DNA from: Eledone cirrhosa
Taxonomy: Eukaryota
DNA length: 64,000 nt
Direction: 5' to 3'
Assembly: GCA_964016885.1 (NCBI GenBank)
Contig: OZ024741.1
Coordinates: 365,862,001-365,926,000, forward strand
The notes under the pieces were generated by a model, which searched no databases, had not been told where the DNA came from, and saw nothing but the letters and a program-made list of their open reading frames with translations. Within the stretch, counting starts at the first letter, position 1; each line of letters begins with the position of its first letter. This document shows positions 1 to 17,574 of this stretch, in pieces. The translations under genes and the position numbers were made by a program.

Positions 1-3000
1 AAAGCAGTGTAATGATAGGAGAGCAGTGTAAAGACAGGAGTGCAGTGTATTGGCAGGCGAGCATTGTATTGGCAGAAGAGCAGTGTATTGGCAGAAGAGC
101 AGTGTAATGATAGGAGAACAGTGTAATGATAGGAGAGCAGTGTAAAGACAGGAGATCAGTGTATTGGCAGGAGAGCAGTGTATTGGCAGGAGAGCAGTGT
201 ATTGGCAGAAGAGCAGTGTAATGTTAGGAGAGCAGTGTATAGACTGGAGAGCAGTGTATTGGCAGGAGAGCAGTGTATTGGCAGAAGAGCAGTGTAATGT
301 TAGGAGAGCAGTGTATAGACTGGAGAGCAGTGTATTGGCAGAAGAGCAGTGTATTGGCAGAAGAGCAGTGTAATAATAGGAGAGTAGTGTAAAGACAGGA
401 GAGCAGTGTATTGGCAGGAGAGCAGTGTATTGGCAGAAGAGCAGTGTATTGGCAGAAGAGCAGTGTAATGATAGGAGAGCAGTGTAAAGACAGGAGAGCA
501 GTGTATTGGCAGGAGAGCAGTGTATTGGCAGAAGAGCAGTGTATTGGCAGAAGAGCAGTGTAATGATAGGAGAGCAGTGTAAAGACAGGAGAGCAGTGTA
601 TTGGCAGGAGAGCAGTGTATTGGCAGGAGAGCAGTGTATTGGCAGAAAAGCAGTGTAATGATAGGAGAACAGTGTAATGATAGGAGAGCAGTGTAAAGAC
701 AGGAGATCAGTGTATTGGCAGGAGAGCAGTGTATTGGCAGGAGAGCAGTGTATTGGCAGGAGAGCAGTGTATTGGCAGAAGAGCAGTGTAATGATAGGAG
801 AAAAGTGTAATGATAGGAGAGCAGTGTAAAGACAGGAGAGCAGTGTATTGGCAGGATAGCAGTATATTGGCAGAAGAGCAGTGTATTGGCAGAAAGGCAG
901 TGTAATGATAGGAGAGCAGTGTAAAGACTGGAGAGCAGTGTATTGGCAGAAGAGCAGTGTAATGATAGGAGAGCAGTGTAAAGACAGGAGAGCAGTGTAT
1001 TGGCAGGAGAGCAGTGTATTGGCAGAAGAGCAGTGTGATGATAGGAGAGCAGTGTAATGATAGAAGAGCAGTGTAAAGACAGGAGAGCAGTGTATTGGCA
1101 GGAGAGCAGTGTATTGGCAGAAGAGCAGTGTAATGATAGGAGAGCAGTGTAATGATAGAAGAGCAGTGTAAAGACAGGAGAGCAGTGTATTGGCAGGAGA
1201 GAAGTGTATTGGCAGAATAGCTGTGTAATGATAGGAGAGCAGTGTAATGATAGAAGAGCAGTGTAAAGACAGGAGAGCAGTGTATTGGCAGGAGAGAAGT
1301 GTATTGGCAGAAGAGCAGTGTATTGGCAGAAGAGCAGTGTAATGATAGGAGAGCAGTGTAATGATAGGAGAGCAGTGTAAAGAAATGAGAGCAGTGTATT
1401 GGCAGAAGAGCGGTGTAATGATAGGAGAGCAGTGTAATGATCGGAGAGCAGTGTAAAGACTGGAGAGCAGTGTATTGGCAGGAGAGCAGTGTATTGGCAG
1501 AAGAGCAGTGTATTGGCAGAAGAGCAGTGTAATGATAGGAGAGCAGTGTAATGATAGGAGAGCAGTGTAAAGAAATGAGAGCAGTGTATTGGCAGGAGAG
1601 CAGTGTATTGGCAGAAGAGCAGTGTATTGGCAGAAAAGCAGTGTAATGATAGGAGAGCAGTGTAAAGACAGGAGTGCAGTGTATTGGCAGAAGAGCAGTG
1701 TAATGATAGGAGAACAGTGTAATGATAGGAGAGCAGTGTAAAGACAGGAGATCAGTGTATTGGCAGGAGAGCAGTGTATTGGCAGGAGAGCAGTGTATTG
1801 GCAGAAAAGCAGTGTAATGTTAGGAGAGCAGTGTATAGACTGGAGAGCAGTGTATTGGCAGAAGAGCAGTGTATTGGCAGAAGAGCAGTGTAATGATAGG
1901 AGAACAGTGTAATGATAGGAGAGCAGTGTAAAGACAGGAGTGCAGTGTATTGGCAGGAGAGCAGTGTATTGGCAGGAGAGCAGTGTATTGGCAGAAAAGC
2001 AGTGTAATGTTAGGAGAGCAGTGTATAGACTGGAGAGCAGTGTATTGGCAGAAGAGCAGTGTATTGGCAGAAGAGCAGTGTATTGGCAGAAGAGCAGTGT
2101 AATGATAGGAGAGCAGTGTAAAGACAGGAGAGCAGTGTATTGGCAGGAGAGCAGTGTATTGGCAGAAGAGCAGTGTATTGGCAGAAGAGCAGTGTAATAA
2201 TAGGAGAGTAGTGTAAAGACAGGAGAGCAGTGTATTGGCAGGAGAGCAGTGTATTGGCAGAAGAGCAGTGTATTGGCAGAAGAGCAGTGTAATGATAGGA
2301 GAGCAGTGTAAAGACAGGAGAGCAGTGTATTGGCAGGAGAGCAGTGTATTGGCAGAAGAGCAGTGTATTGGCAGAAGAGCAGTGTAATGATAGGAGAGCA
2401 GTGTAAAGACAGGAGGGCAGTGTATTGGCAGGAGAGCAGTGTATTGGCAGAAGAGCAGTGTAATGATAGGAGAGCAGTGTAATGATAGGAGAGCAGTGTA
2501 AAGACAGGAGTGCAGTGTATTGGCAGGAGAGCAGTGTATTGGCAGGAGTGCAGTGTATTGGCAGAAAAGCAGTGTAATGATAGAACAGTGTAATGATAGG
2601 AGAGCAGTGTAAAGACAGGAGAGCAGTGTATTGGCAGGAGAGCAGTGTATTGGCAGAAGAGCAGTGCATTGGCAGAAGAGCAGTGTAATGATAGGAGAGA
2701 AGTGTAATGATAGGAGAGCAGTGTAAAGACAGGAGAGCAATGTATTGGAAGGAGAGCAGTGTATTGGCAGAAGAGCAGTGTAATGATAGGAGAGCAGTGT
2801 AATATAGGAGAGCAGTGTAATGATAGGAGAGCAGTGTAAATACAGGAGAGCAGTGTATTGGCAGGAGAGCAGTGTATTGGCAGAAGAGCAGTGCATTAGC
2901 AGAAGAGCAGTGTAATGATAGGAGAAAAGTGTAATGATAGGAGAGCAGTGTAAAGACAGGAGAGCAGTGTATTGGCAGGATAGCAGTATATTGGCAGAAG

Positions 3001-6000
3001 AGCAGTGTATTGGCAGAAAGGCAGTGTAATGATAGGAGAGCAGTGTAAAGACTGGAGAGCAGTGTATTGGCAGAAGAGCAGTGTAATGATAGGAGAGCAG
3101 TGTAAAGACAGGAGAGCAGTGTATTGGCAGGAGAGCAGTGTATTGGCAGAAGAGCAGTGTAATGATAGGAGAGCAGTGTAATGATAGAAGAGCAGTGTAA
3201 AGACAGGAGAGCAGTGTATTGGAAGGAGAGCAGTGTATTGGCAGAATAGCTGTGTAATGATAGGAGAGCAGTGTAATGATAGAAGAGCAGTGTAAAGACA
3301 GGAGAGCAGTGTATTGGCAGGAGAGAAGTGTATTGGCAGAAGAGCGGTGTAATGATAGGAGAGCAGTGTAATGATCGGAGAGCAGTGTAAAGACTGGAGA
3401 GCAGTGTATTGGCAGGAGAGCAGTGTATTGGCAGAAGAGCAGTGTATTGGCAGAAGAGCAGTGTGATGATAGGAGAGCAGTGTAATGATAGAAGAGCAGT
3501 GTAAAGACAGGAGAGCAGTGTATTGGAAGGAGAGCAGTGTATTGGCAGAATAGCAGTGTAATGATAGGAGAGCAGTGTAATGATAGAAGAGCAGTGTAAA
3601 GACAGGAGAGCAGTGTATTGGCAGGAGAGAAGTGTATTGGCAGAATAGCTGTGTAATGATAGGAGAGCAGTGTAATGATAGGAGAGCAGTGTAAAGACAT
3701 GAGAGCAGTGTATTGGCAGGAGAGCAGTGTATTGGCAGTAGAGCAGTGTATTGGCAGAAAAGCAGTGTAATGATAGGAGAGCAGTGTAAAGACAGGAGTG
3801 CAGTGTATTGGCAGGCGAGCATTGTATTGGCAGAAGAGCAGTGTATTGGCAGAAGAGCAGTGTAATGATAGGAGAACAGTGTAATGATAGGAGAGCAGTG
3901 TAAAGACAGGAGATCAGTGTATTGGCAGGAGAGCAGTGTATTGGCAGGAGAGCAGTGTATTGGCAGAAAAGCAGTGTAATGTTAGGAGAGCAGTGTTCTG
4001 ACTGGAGAGCAGTGTATTGGCAGAAGAGCAGTGTATTGGCAGAAGAGCAGTGTAATAATAGGAGAATAGTGTAAAGACAGGAGAGCAGTGTATTGGCAGG
4101 AGAGCAGTGTATTGGCAGAAGAGCAGTGTATTGGCAGAAGAGCAGTGTAATGATAGGAGAGCAGTGTAAAGACAGGAGAGCAGTGTATTGGCAGGAGAGC
4201 AGTGTATTGGCAGAAGAGCAGTGTATTGGAAGAAGAGCAGTGTAATGATAGGAGAGCAGTGTAAAGACAGGAGAGCAGTGTATTGGCAGGAGAGCAGTGT
4301 ATTGGCAGAAGAGCAGTGTAATGATAGGAGAGCAGTGTAATGATAGGAGAGCAGTGTAAAGACAGGAGTGCAGTGTATTGGCAGGAGAGCAGTGTATTGG
4401 CAGGAGAGCAGTGTATTGGCAGAAAAGCAGTGTAATCATAGGAGAACAGTGTAATGATAGGAGAGCAGTGTAAAGACAGGAGATCAGTGTATTGGCAGGA
4501 GAGCAGTGTATTGGCAGGAGAGCAGTGTATTGGCAGAAGAGCAGTGTAATGATAGGAGAAAAGTGTAATGATAGGAGAGCAGTGTAAAGACAGGAGAGCA
4601 GTGTATTGGCAGGATAGCAGTATATTGGCAGAAGAGCAGTGTATTGGCAGAAAGGCAGTGTAATGATAGGAGAGCAGTGTAAAGACTGGAGAGCAGTGTA
4701 TTGGCAGAAGAGCAGTGTAATGATAGGAGAGCAGTTTAAAGACAGGAGAGCAGTGTATTGGCAGGAGAGCAGTGTATTGGCAGAAGAGCAGTGTGATGAT
4801 AGGAGAGCAGTGTAATGATAGAAGAGCAGTGTAAAGACAGGAGAGCAGTGTATTGGAAGGAGAGCAGTGTATTGGCAGAATAGCAGTGTAATGATAGGAG
4901 AGCAGTGTAATGATAGAAGAGCAGTGTAAAGACAGGAGAGCAGTGTATTGGCAGGAGAGAAGTGTATTGGCAGAAGAGCGGTGTAATGATAGGAGAGCAG
5001 TGTAATGATCGGAGAGCAGTGTAAAGACTGGAGAGCAGTGTATTGGCAGGAGAGCAGTGTATTGGCAGATGAGCAGTGTATTGGCAGAAGAGCAGTGTAA
5101 TGATAGGAGAGCAGTGTAATGATAGGAGAGCAGTGTAAAGACATGAGAGCAGTGTATTGGCAGGAGAGCAGTGTATTGGCAGAAGAGCAGTGTATTGGCA
5201 GAAAAGCAGTGTAATGATAGGAGAGCAGTGTAAAGACAGGAGTGCAGTGTATTGGCAGGCGAGCATTGTATTGGCAGAAGAGCAGTGTATTGGCAGAAGA
5301 GCAGTGTAATGATAGGAGAACAGTGTACTGATAGGAGAGCAGTGTAAAGACAGGAGATCAGTGTATTGGCAGGAGAGCAGTGTATTGGCAGGAGAGCAGT
5401 GTATTGGCAGGAGAGAAGTGTATTGGCAGAAGAGCGGTGTAATGATAGGAGAGCAGTGTAATGATCGGAGAGCAGTGTAAAGACTGGAGAGCAGTGTATT
5501 GGCAGGAGAGCAGTGTATTGGCAGAAGAGCAGTGTATTGGCAGAAGAGCAGTGTAATGATAGGAGAGCAGTGTAATGATAGGAGAGCAGTGTAAAGACAT
5601 GAGAGCAGTGTATTGGCAGGAGAGCAGTGTATTGGCAGAAGAGCAGTGTATTGGCAGAAAAGCAGTGTAATGATAGGAGAGCAGTGTAAAGACAGGAGTG
5701 CAGTGTATTGGCAGGCGAGCATTGTATTGGCAGAAGAGCAGTGTATTGGCAGAAGAGCAGTGTAATGATAGGAGAACAGTGTACTGATAGGAGAGCAGTG
5801 TAAAGACAGGAGATCAGTGTATTGGCAGGAGAGCAGTGTATTGGCAGAAAAGCAGTGTAATGTTAGGAGAGCAGTGTATAGACTGGAGAGCAGTGTATTG
5901 GCAGAAGAGCAGTGTATTGGCAGAAGAGCAGTGTAATAATAGGAGAGTAGTGTAAAGACAGGAGAGCAGTGTATTGGCAGGAGAGCAGTGTATTGGCAGA

Positions 6001-7950
6001 AGAGCAGTGTATTGGCAGAAGAGCAGTGTAATGATAGGAGAGCAGTGTAAAGACAGGAGAGCAGTGTATTGGCAGGAGAGCAGTGTATTGGCAGAAGAGC
6101 AGTGTATTGGCAGAAGAGCAGTGTAATGATAGGAGAGCAGTGTAAAGACAGGAGTGCAGTGTATTGGCAGGAGAGCAGTGTATTGGCAGAAGAGCAGTGT
6201 AATGATAGGAGAGCAGTATAATGATAGGAGAGCAGTGTAAAGACAGGAGTGCAGTGTATTGGCAGGCGAGCACTGTATTGGCAGAAGAGCAGTGTATTGG
6301 CAGGAGCGCAGTGTAATGATAGGAGAAAAGTGTAATGATAGGAGAGCTGTGTATTTGCAGGAGAGCAGTGTATTGGCAGAAGAGCAGTGTATTGGCAGAA
6401 AAGCAGTGTAATGATAGGAGAGCAGTGTAAAGACAGGAGAGCAGTGTATTGGCAGGAGAGCAGTGTATTGGCAGGCGAGCACTGTATTGGCAGAAGAGCA
6501 GTGTATTGGCAGGAGCGCAGTGTAATGATAGGAGAAAAGTGTAATGATAGGAGAGCTGTGTATTTGCAGGAGAGCAGTGTATTGGCAGAAGAGCAGTGTA
6601 TTGGCAGAAAAGCAGTGTAATGATAGGAGAGCAGTGTAAAGACAGGAGAGCAGTGTATTGGCAGGAGAGCAGTGTATTGGCAGAAGAGCAGTGTAATGAT
6701 AGGAGACCAGTATAATGATAGGAGAGCAGTGTAAAGACAGGAGAGCAGTGTATTGGGAGGAGAGAAGTGTAGTGGCAGGAGAGCAGTGTGTTGGCAGGAG
6801 AGCAGTGTATTGGCAGGAGAGCAGTGTAATGATAGGAGAAAGTGTAAAGACAGGAGAGCAGTCTATTGGCAGGAGAGCAGTGTATTGGCAGGAGAGCAGT
6901 GTAATGATAGGAGAGCAGTGTAATGATAGGAAAGCAGTGTAAAGACAGGAGAGCAGTGTATTGGCAGGAGAGCAGTGTATTGGCAGAAGAGCAGTGTAAT
7001 GATAGGAGAGCAGTGTAATGATAGGAGAGCAGTGTATTGGCAGGAGAGCAGTGTATTGGCAGGAGAGCAGTGTGTTGGCAGGAGAGCAGTGTATTGGCAG
7101 AAGAGCAGTATAATGATAGGAGAGCAGTGTATTGGAATTAAAAGTGTAAATTGGCAGGAATTTAGTGTATTGGCAGGAGAGGAGTGTATTGGCAGGAGAG
7201 GAGTGTAATGACAGAATGGCAGTGTATTGGCAGGATGGCAGTGTATTGGCAAGATGGCTGTGTATTGGCAGGATGGCAGTGTATTGACAGGATGGTAGTG
7301 TATTAGCAGGATGGTAGCGTATTGGCAGGATGGTAGTGTAATGACAGGATGGCAGTGTTATGACAAGATGGCAGTCTAATGACAGGATGGCAGTGTATTG
7401 ACAGGGTGGCAGTGGATTAGTAGGATGGCAGGATGGCAGTGTAATGACAGGATGGCAGTGTTATGACAGGATGGCAGTGTAATGACAGGATGGCAGTGTA
7501 ATGACAGGATGGCAGTGTTATGACAGGATGGCAGTGTAATGACAGGGTGGCAGTGTAATGACAGGATGGCAGTGTTATCACAGGATGGCAGTGTTATGAC
7601 AGGATGGCAGTGTTATGACAGGATGGCAGTGTTATAACAGGATGGCAGTGTAATGACAGGATGGCAGTGTTATGACAGGATGGCAGTGTAATGACAGGAT
7701 GGCAGTGTATTGACAGGGTGGCAGTGGATTGGTAGGATGGCAGTGTTATGTCAGGATGGCAGTGTATTGACAGGAGGGTAGTGTATTGACAGGATGGCAG
7801 TGCATTGGCAGGATGGCAGTGTATTGGTAGGAATGCAGTGCATTGGCAGGATGGCAGTGTATTGGCAGGATGGAAGTGTATTGGTAGGAATGTAGTGTAT
7901 TGGCAGGATGGCAGTTTTATGTCAAGATGGCAGTGTAATGACAGGAGAGC
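1..7950. repeat. 19-bp minisatellite array (GAGCAGTGTA plus variable 9-mer), truncated by window start
   Basis: Constant GAGCAGTGTA followed by TTGGCAGGA, TTGGCAGAA, ATGATAGGA or AAGACAGGA; shifts to a GGATGGCAGTGT variant after ~7210 and decays at ~7950. Confidence 0.97.
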
Positions 7951-8179
7951 AAAGGCGTGATTTAAAGGAAATTATTCTGCTCTCCCCATTAACATCATCT
8001 TGAGTGACCATAAAGTGGTCCTCGTGTTAATTGCAACAAATTAGTTGATATGAAGCAGATTCGAATCCTGCCATCACAAATGTTACAGACATAGTTTCTC
8101 TATGTCTGATACCTTCATTCTGCTATGCAGACTTTGCTTTTGAAGATAAGGCTTCAACGATAATGTATATATATATACA

Positions 8180-8259
<80 letters not shown>

Positions 8260-8262
<3 letters not shown>

Positions 8263-9026
8263 AAAGTGAGGTTTCTTTTACAAAATGAAAAAATAACCGA
8301 GGTGTCCTACACGAGTGAAAATATAAAGAAAAAAAGATGAAATCGAAAATTCAATTGGAGTCTTATTTTTTTAAATATATAATTTTTTTTTATTTGTTCC
8401 TTTACCGGTTTCGTACTTCTTCTGATTTTCAAGAGTAGAGTTGAGATGGAGGGTCTGTGGTTTTTCTCACATCTGGTTAGTCTTTGAATGTTACTTGTTT
8501 TATATGGGGAAAAGTGGCTCGAAACGCCAGGTTTTTTAGTGAAGTAATTTGATTGGTTGGTCAATAAGTATAATAAACTTCGCGCCAGTTCGCGTTACAA
8601 AGTTCTGCAAACAAGGGGGGGGGGTTCTCAGGTTGTTTTTTTCATATATGAGTGAAGTTTGGTTGGTTGATGTAGTCACGTGAATAAGTACATCATCTTT
8701 CGCGCCAGTTTGTTTGAATTTCTTTTTACTTAAAAAAAGGGGCTCACGAAGGCTTTTTTTTATAAATGTAATTTGATTGGTTATAAATGAAATTATAGTT
8801 GTCACGTGAGCAAGTTCATTAAATTTCGCGCCCGTATTTGGGAATTTATTTTGTAGCCTTTTAAAGAATTTTATGACAAACAAAAGATAATGGTCAAGAG
8901 AAATGGAATGGGAGAATTGTTCTGTTTCAGTGAATATGGTTGGTTCGCTGGGGTGTCAGAATTCAGACTTTCTATTGAAATAAAGAAAGTAGAGATATCT
9001 ATGTGTGCTTGTGTGTGTGTGTGTGT

Positions 9027-9103
<77 letters not shown>

Positions 9104-9660
9104 GGTGTTATGTGTGTGTGTGTGTGTGCGTGTGGGAGTATGTTAAGATGGAGAGAATATATATATTTTGTGTGTGTGTGTATGTGTCTATGGGTGTTAT
9201 GTGGGAGTGGGAATATGGTTAGCATGTTAAGATGAAGAGAGTATATATATTTTGTGTGTGTGTGTATGTGTGTAGGAAAATGATTCCGTTAGTAGAAATA
9301 TTTTTGAATGAACATATTTTCCTTATTTATTCGTATTTGTTCTGTTGAATTGTCAGCGCAAATGTATATTAAGTTTTATTTAGTTCGGGTTTTTATTTTC
9401 TAAAGTAGAAGGTGTTATGCGTGTGTATATGTGTCTGTTTGGATGGTTAGCATGTTATGGTGTTGACATAATGTATATTAAACCATATTTAATGCTGGTC
9501 TATATTTTTGAATGAACATATTTTCTTATTTATTCGTATTTGTTCTGTTGTATTATCAGCGCAAAGGTAAAATGGGAAGACTTGGAATTTGGGTGTCTTA
9601 TTTCTTGCGCATATGTCTAGATATGCGCTTAATGGTATCTGTCTCGTGGTTAATATTTAT
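8260..9660. mobile_element. Unclassified (TA)n-flanked repeat with internal duplications and (GT)n
   Basis: Bounded by (TA)n; three degenerate ~120-bp units at 8537-8850; direct duplication 9301-9362 vs 9505-9564. Confidence 0.4.
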
Positions 9661-9869
9661 ATATATATAAATTTTCTATACATGGCTAAATACAATAAAT
9701 GTAATTTGAGTGTTTCGAATATTGATAATAATATTCGATTCGTTTGCAATTATGCAAACAACCCTCATTTTTAAAGCCATGTCAGTACAATGAGCCCCTC
9801 ATTCTTGCTCTTGTGTTGACATGTAAACAGATAGATAGATATATATATGTTTATATATATACAATATAT

Positions 9870-10622
<753 letters not shown>

Positions 10623-10867
10623 AGAGAAAGAGAAGGTGAAATTGTAAATAGCACGGAAAATATATTTAAGGGTCTGTTTTTCTCTTTTCTTTTTTTCTTT
10701 TGTCCTTTCTTTGATTCGTCAAAAAAGATGAGGGGGACAATTCTTTTAAAAAAAGAGTCTTATAATGTATATAAAGTATATAAAGTATAACCGTTTATTA
10801 GTAAAATTCATCTTATCAAATATTGAGTATTACAATTAAAAATAATTTATATATATATATATATATA

Positions 10868-11158
10868 AGTACTGGTGCTCTGAAATAGCGGTGTACATGA
10901 ATGTATATATAGTATATTTGCCAATATACCGTATGTTTATTTTAAAACATTTAGAAGACCATTCGCTATCAGTCTTAAAGTAGTGACTATGTCACTTACT
11001 TGTTTTCGGCAATGGTAGGGAGAGAGGCTGACAGTCTGTTTCTCGCTGTTTGGCGTTTATCAAAACCACTCACTGCCCTGCTTTGCCGAAAATTATAGAA
11101 GCTGGATTCTTATAGAATTCCAGTATTAATCAGGAGCTGATTACACAGCGATTGCTAA
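10868..11158 (-). mobile_element. Single diverged monomer of retrozyme family R1
   Basis: Shares tgctctgaaatagcg...gtatgtttat...aaacattt.gaagacc...tcgctat and hairpin order with the 310-bp array; between (TA)n tracts. Confidence 0.75.
11022..11071 (-). ncRNA. Hammerhead ribozyme, U3-A8 core variant
   Basis: Minus strand gagtggtt-TTGATAA-acgccaaacagcga-GAAA-cagactgTC-agcctctc, at the same position as the R1 hammerhead. Confidence 0.6.
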
Positions 11159-11665
11159 TATATATATATATATATTAGTTTATGTGGTTTATAAAATGTT
11201 AACAACAAAACAGAGTGTAAAGAAGCTAAGTGTAGTAGAGTCGCTCGTCTACCATTTCCCATTACCGTCACCACCTTCAACACGGGGTATGCCGTGTATT
11301 GATCGACTTCACAAGTTTCACTTGGGAATACCAAATATTAAATTTACTTCAAAATACAGCTTTCATTTATTTTCATTATATTACGACAGTCTTTTAATTC
11401 ATTTAGGCTAAAATAACTAATTAGTATTGAGGTCCTTTACACTGTGAACACTTTGATATTTGACTTTTTATATTGCTTTTTTGTTTGTATGTTTCTTTTT
11501 GTTTTTTTGTTTTTTGTTACTTCCTAAATTCCCAATGAAACATCAGTAGAAAAACAAACTGGAATACTTGTTCCTAAATTAGATATTCTTCTTCTTATCA
11601 TTATTATTATTTTTAAAAGAAAGCATTATTATTTTTAAAAGAGAGCATTATTATTATTATTATTC

Positions 11666-11696
<31 letters not shown>

Positions 11697-12336
11697 AAAA
11701 GGCAAGAGGACATAAAAACTATAGATGAAAGTATTTGGAAAATACAGAGATTATTCGTCAATACTTCTTTAGTGTATAATTACGAAATCAAATTTTTTTT
11801 TTTATTCCATTAACCCCTTCTATTTATACTATCGTTGCGATATTTATTGCGCCAGATTGGCGACTCTCTGTCCGAATATTGGTGTTAGAAGTTACATTCG
11901 GTTCAATGGTAATTTGCCACGGTTTTACAATAATTAAACGTATCTGCGTTGTTTCAAACTATAATTTTGTATCTCATACTCGGTAGTCAAAATTATGGCA
12001 GCTCCATATTTATATAGTAACATTAATAAGAATAATTCACGATAAGAACAAAGTTTTAATAAAGTGTCTGGATATTTGAGATATGAGTTATAGTTAATAC
12101 AATATATCCTATCAACGCTAGCTCATATGCTAACTCCGCTCAAATCCAGCCAGGCTTGCGGCAGACTTCAAATGTACGTTTTGCTCACAATTTACAATTT
12201 AATGAATAAAATAATTCTCCCAAACTCTGTAGAGATTGAACGGACATTGCTTTTTATGTATAAATTGAATTTATTTTTTCTGGTTCTCTACGCTCTGAGT
12301 TCAAATCCCACGGATGCCAACTTCACTTTTCATCTC

Positions 12337-12413
<77 letters not shown>

Positions 12414-12501
12414 TTCTATCTCCTTCTTTCTCTTTCTCTCTCTCGCTCTTTCTCACACATTTTCTCTCCCTCTTTCTCTCTCTGCATATACATATATATA
12501 T

Positions 12502-12585
<84 letters not shown>

Positions 12586-13096
12586 AGATAGATAGATAGA
12601 TCAAGACAAGCCATACATAATTATGGCAATCCTTCAACTCAGGGGTTAAGAGCCCATAGCTTGGGACGACATTCCATGGTTGTGCAACGATGTCAAACAG
12701 TGAAAAATATACAGCTGTGTTTTATTTTCTGTGCACACTTTTACACACACACGTAAGAAACATATTATCTGCTGATATGTTGTGTCCATGGGAAAATATG
12801 AATAATTATTATCTCATCTAAATTTGATAATTTTAATATCTTCACAGATTGCCTACATCAGCTAGTCATGTAAATATTTATATATATATAAATCCCTGAG
12901 ATCCATCGACGCGTTCTCTCCCGTGCTCTCTGACCTTCATCATCAAAGTCATTAACAACATATGTCATCCTCGCTCCTCTCTCCCTCTCTCTCTATACCA
13001 GTGTGTCCATGTAGGGGCTCCCACAATGCCACATTCAGTGTGAACTCTGAATGTCGGTTAGCATGATGTGCTAACCTCAAATAGATTTATATCTAT

Positions 13097-13158
<62 letters not shown>

Positions 13159-13164
13159 CTATAC

Positions 13165-13198
<34 letters not shown>

Positions 13199-13267
13199 AT
13201 ATATATATACATATATATATGAGTGTATGTATAGTATATTTGACAATATAATGTATATATATATATA

Positions 13268-14470
13268 CCGTTTTGTACCACAGATGCGATCTCACTCTGC
13301 CTTGTTAATGTTCAATCGACACCAAAGTTCTACGTTCTGAGCAATAGAATTGAATCCAACCACCGACAACATAGTTGGATGACCGATAATCACACCAAAC
13401 CGGAGTACTGTGATCCTTGTGATTTCGAGATATACAACCACTGACACTGTTACGAAGACCAGAAAACCATACTCCATAATATTGAACCAAGTGATTGATT
13501 TGTGCGACCAAAATAACACCACACACATATTGAACTAGGAATATTGGATCTTCCGTCAATGTCTGGGTGAGCAAAAATAGATTTCTATCTGCATTGGAAT
13601 TTACGAACTTGTGCATCTGCTGTGGTGTCAAAAACAAACGCACATGACCGCACAGATAAACAATGGACTATGCCACGTGGCTTGAACCTGTAAGTGAATT
13701 GAAGGTTCTGTAACTCTGATATACAGATTATTTATTATTAAGATGTATAAACTTGACAAAACTATTATCATCTTATATTCTCTCAACTAATCACATTTGA
13801 TCATATTTCTCTATCCCGTTTTCTCCTCCCATAATTATAATATTTTTATTTGAAAAAATCGGTTTTTTTACATTGTGTTTTCCCCTTCAAATACTTGCTT
13901 ATATTTCTTTATATTCTCTATATATTTTTTTAATATATTTATTTTTTATCTTTATTCTTATTTTCACTTTTATCCTCCTATATATTTTACCTTATTCTTA
14001 CTTTTATACCTTATTATAGTGTAATCTTCCCCATGCCTTATACATTATTAATTATAGATTATTATTATTACTCTTTTTCCATTTCTAATTACCTCATGTA
14101 CTTTCTCCTCCGTTATATATATATTGTATGCCCTTTGTGTGTGTGTAGCCTCTGCACACCCTCTGCACCCTACTATCGACGCCACCCCATCTATGATTCA
14201 GCTAACCACTCGGGAATGAATATGACCGCAGCTAGTAAACAAGGACCCACACCCACCCACCCTCCCGAACCAAAATTAGACTTATCGTCCCCTACTTTTG
14301 CTCTTTACTCTCTTTAATCTTTGTTCTTGAATGTTTGGTTGGTAGAGTCCATAATACCAATCAAACCCCTTTTATATCTCTGACGAATCCTACGGTTACG
14401 TAAGGAAGAAACATTGTAAGCCAATAAAAATCTCTTGATGTTGTAGACGCTCTTGTGTTCTTTATCATAT
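13268..14470 (+). mobile_element. Probable old PLE 3' end with degenerate hammerhead (14371-14428)
   Basis: TA-flanked; CTGACGA-atcctacggttacgtaaggaa-GAAAcattgTA near the right end; stem I eroded. Confidence 0.45.
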
Positions 14471-14517
14471 CTATATATATATATATATCTATATATATAT
14501 ATAAATATATATATATA

Positions 14518-17020
<2,503 letters not shown>

Positions 17021-17574
17021 CTATTTGTCAACATTGTGAATGAAAAAGTATTAATACAAATACAAATGTAATTATACTATCAATCCTGTGATATTTTGTA
17101 CCAATATCAGGCACAAGAGTTAATTAGCTTTTTTGTTGATGGTTCAGTGGCAAATCAAATAAAAATTATATTTACCTCTTTGAAAACATAACTAAACATT
17201 GAAAAAATAATACATGTAAATATACACAAGGCATTTAGACAATTAAACAATGATACAAGAAGATAATTATGTATGTATTCATATACGCTTAATGGCTAAA
17301 AGCTTCGTATTTTTTAATGGTAATTTTATGGTTTTGTCTGAGTCGCGTCAGCACATGTTCTGGTAGTTGATCATTCGGTTAGAATCAATGCGGGTATGTA
17401 AGACGTTTAAATTGGTGGGTGTTCCTAATAGTAGTACTAGTTATACATGTGCCCCATGTCAATTATGCAGTAGAGCCGTGGTCGCTACAAATGTTATTGT
17501 ATAGATCCGGCGTATTTGGAGCGGGATAGTGGGAGTTTTGTCAGGATATGAAGAGAGAATTAGAAATGCGTTCT

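Noticed and set aside
1820-6482. Long minus-strand ORFs up to 1044 aa
   Set aside because: By-product of a stop-poor 19-bp repeat; overlapping ORFs in all frames give the same peptide.
1-7950. CRISPR-like constant/variable alternation
   Set aside because: The variable part is only 9 bp drawn from a few recurring variants; no unique spacers or cas genes; eukaryotic context.
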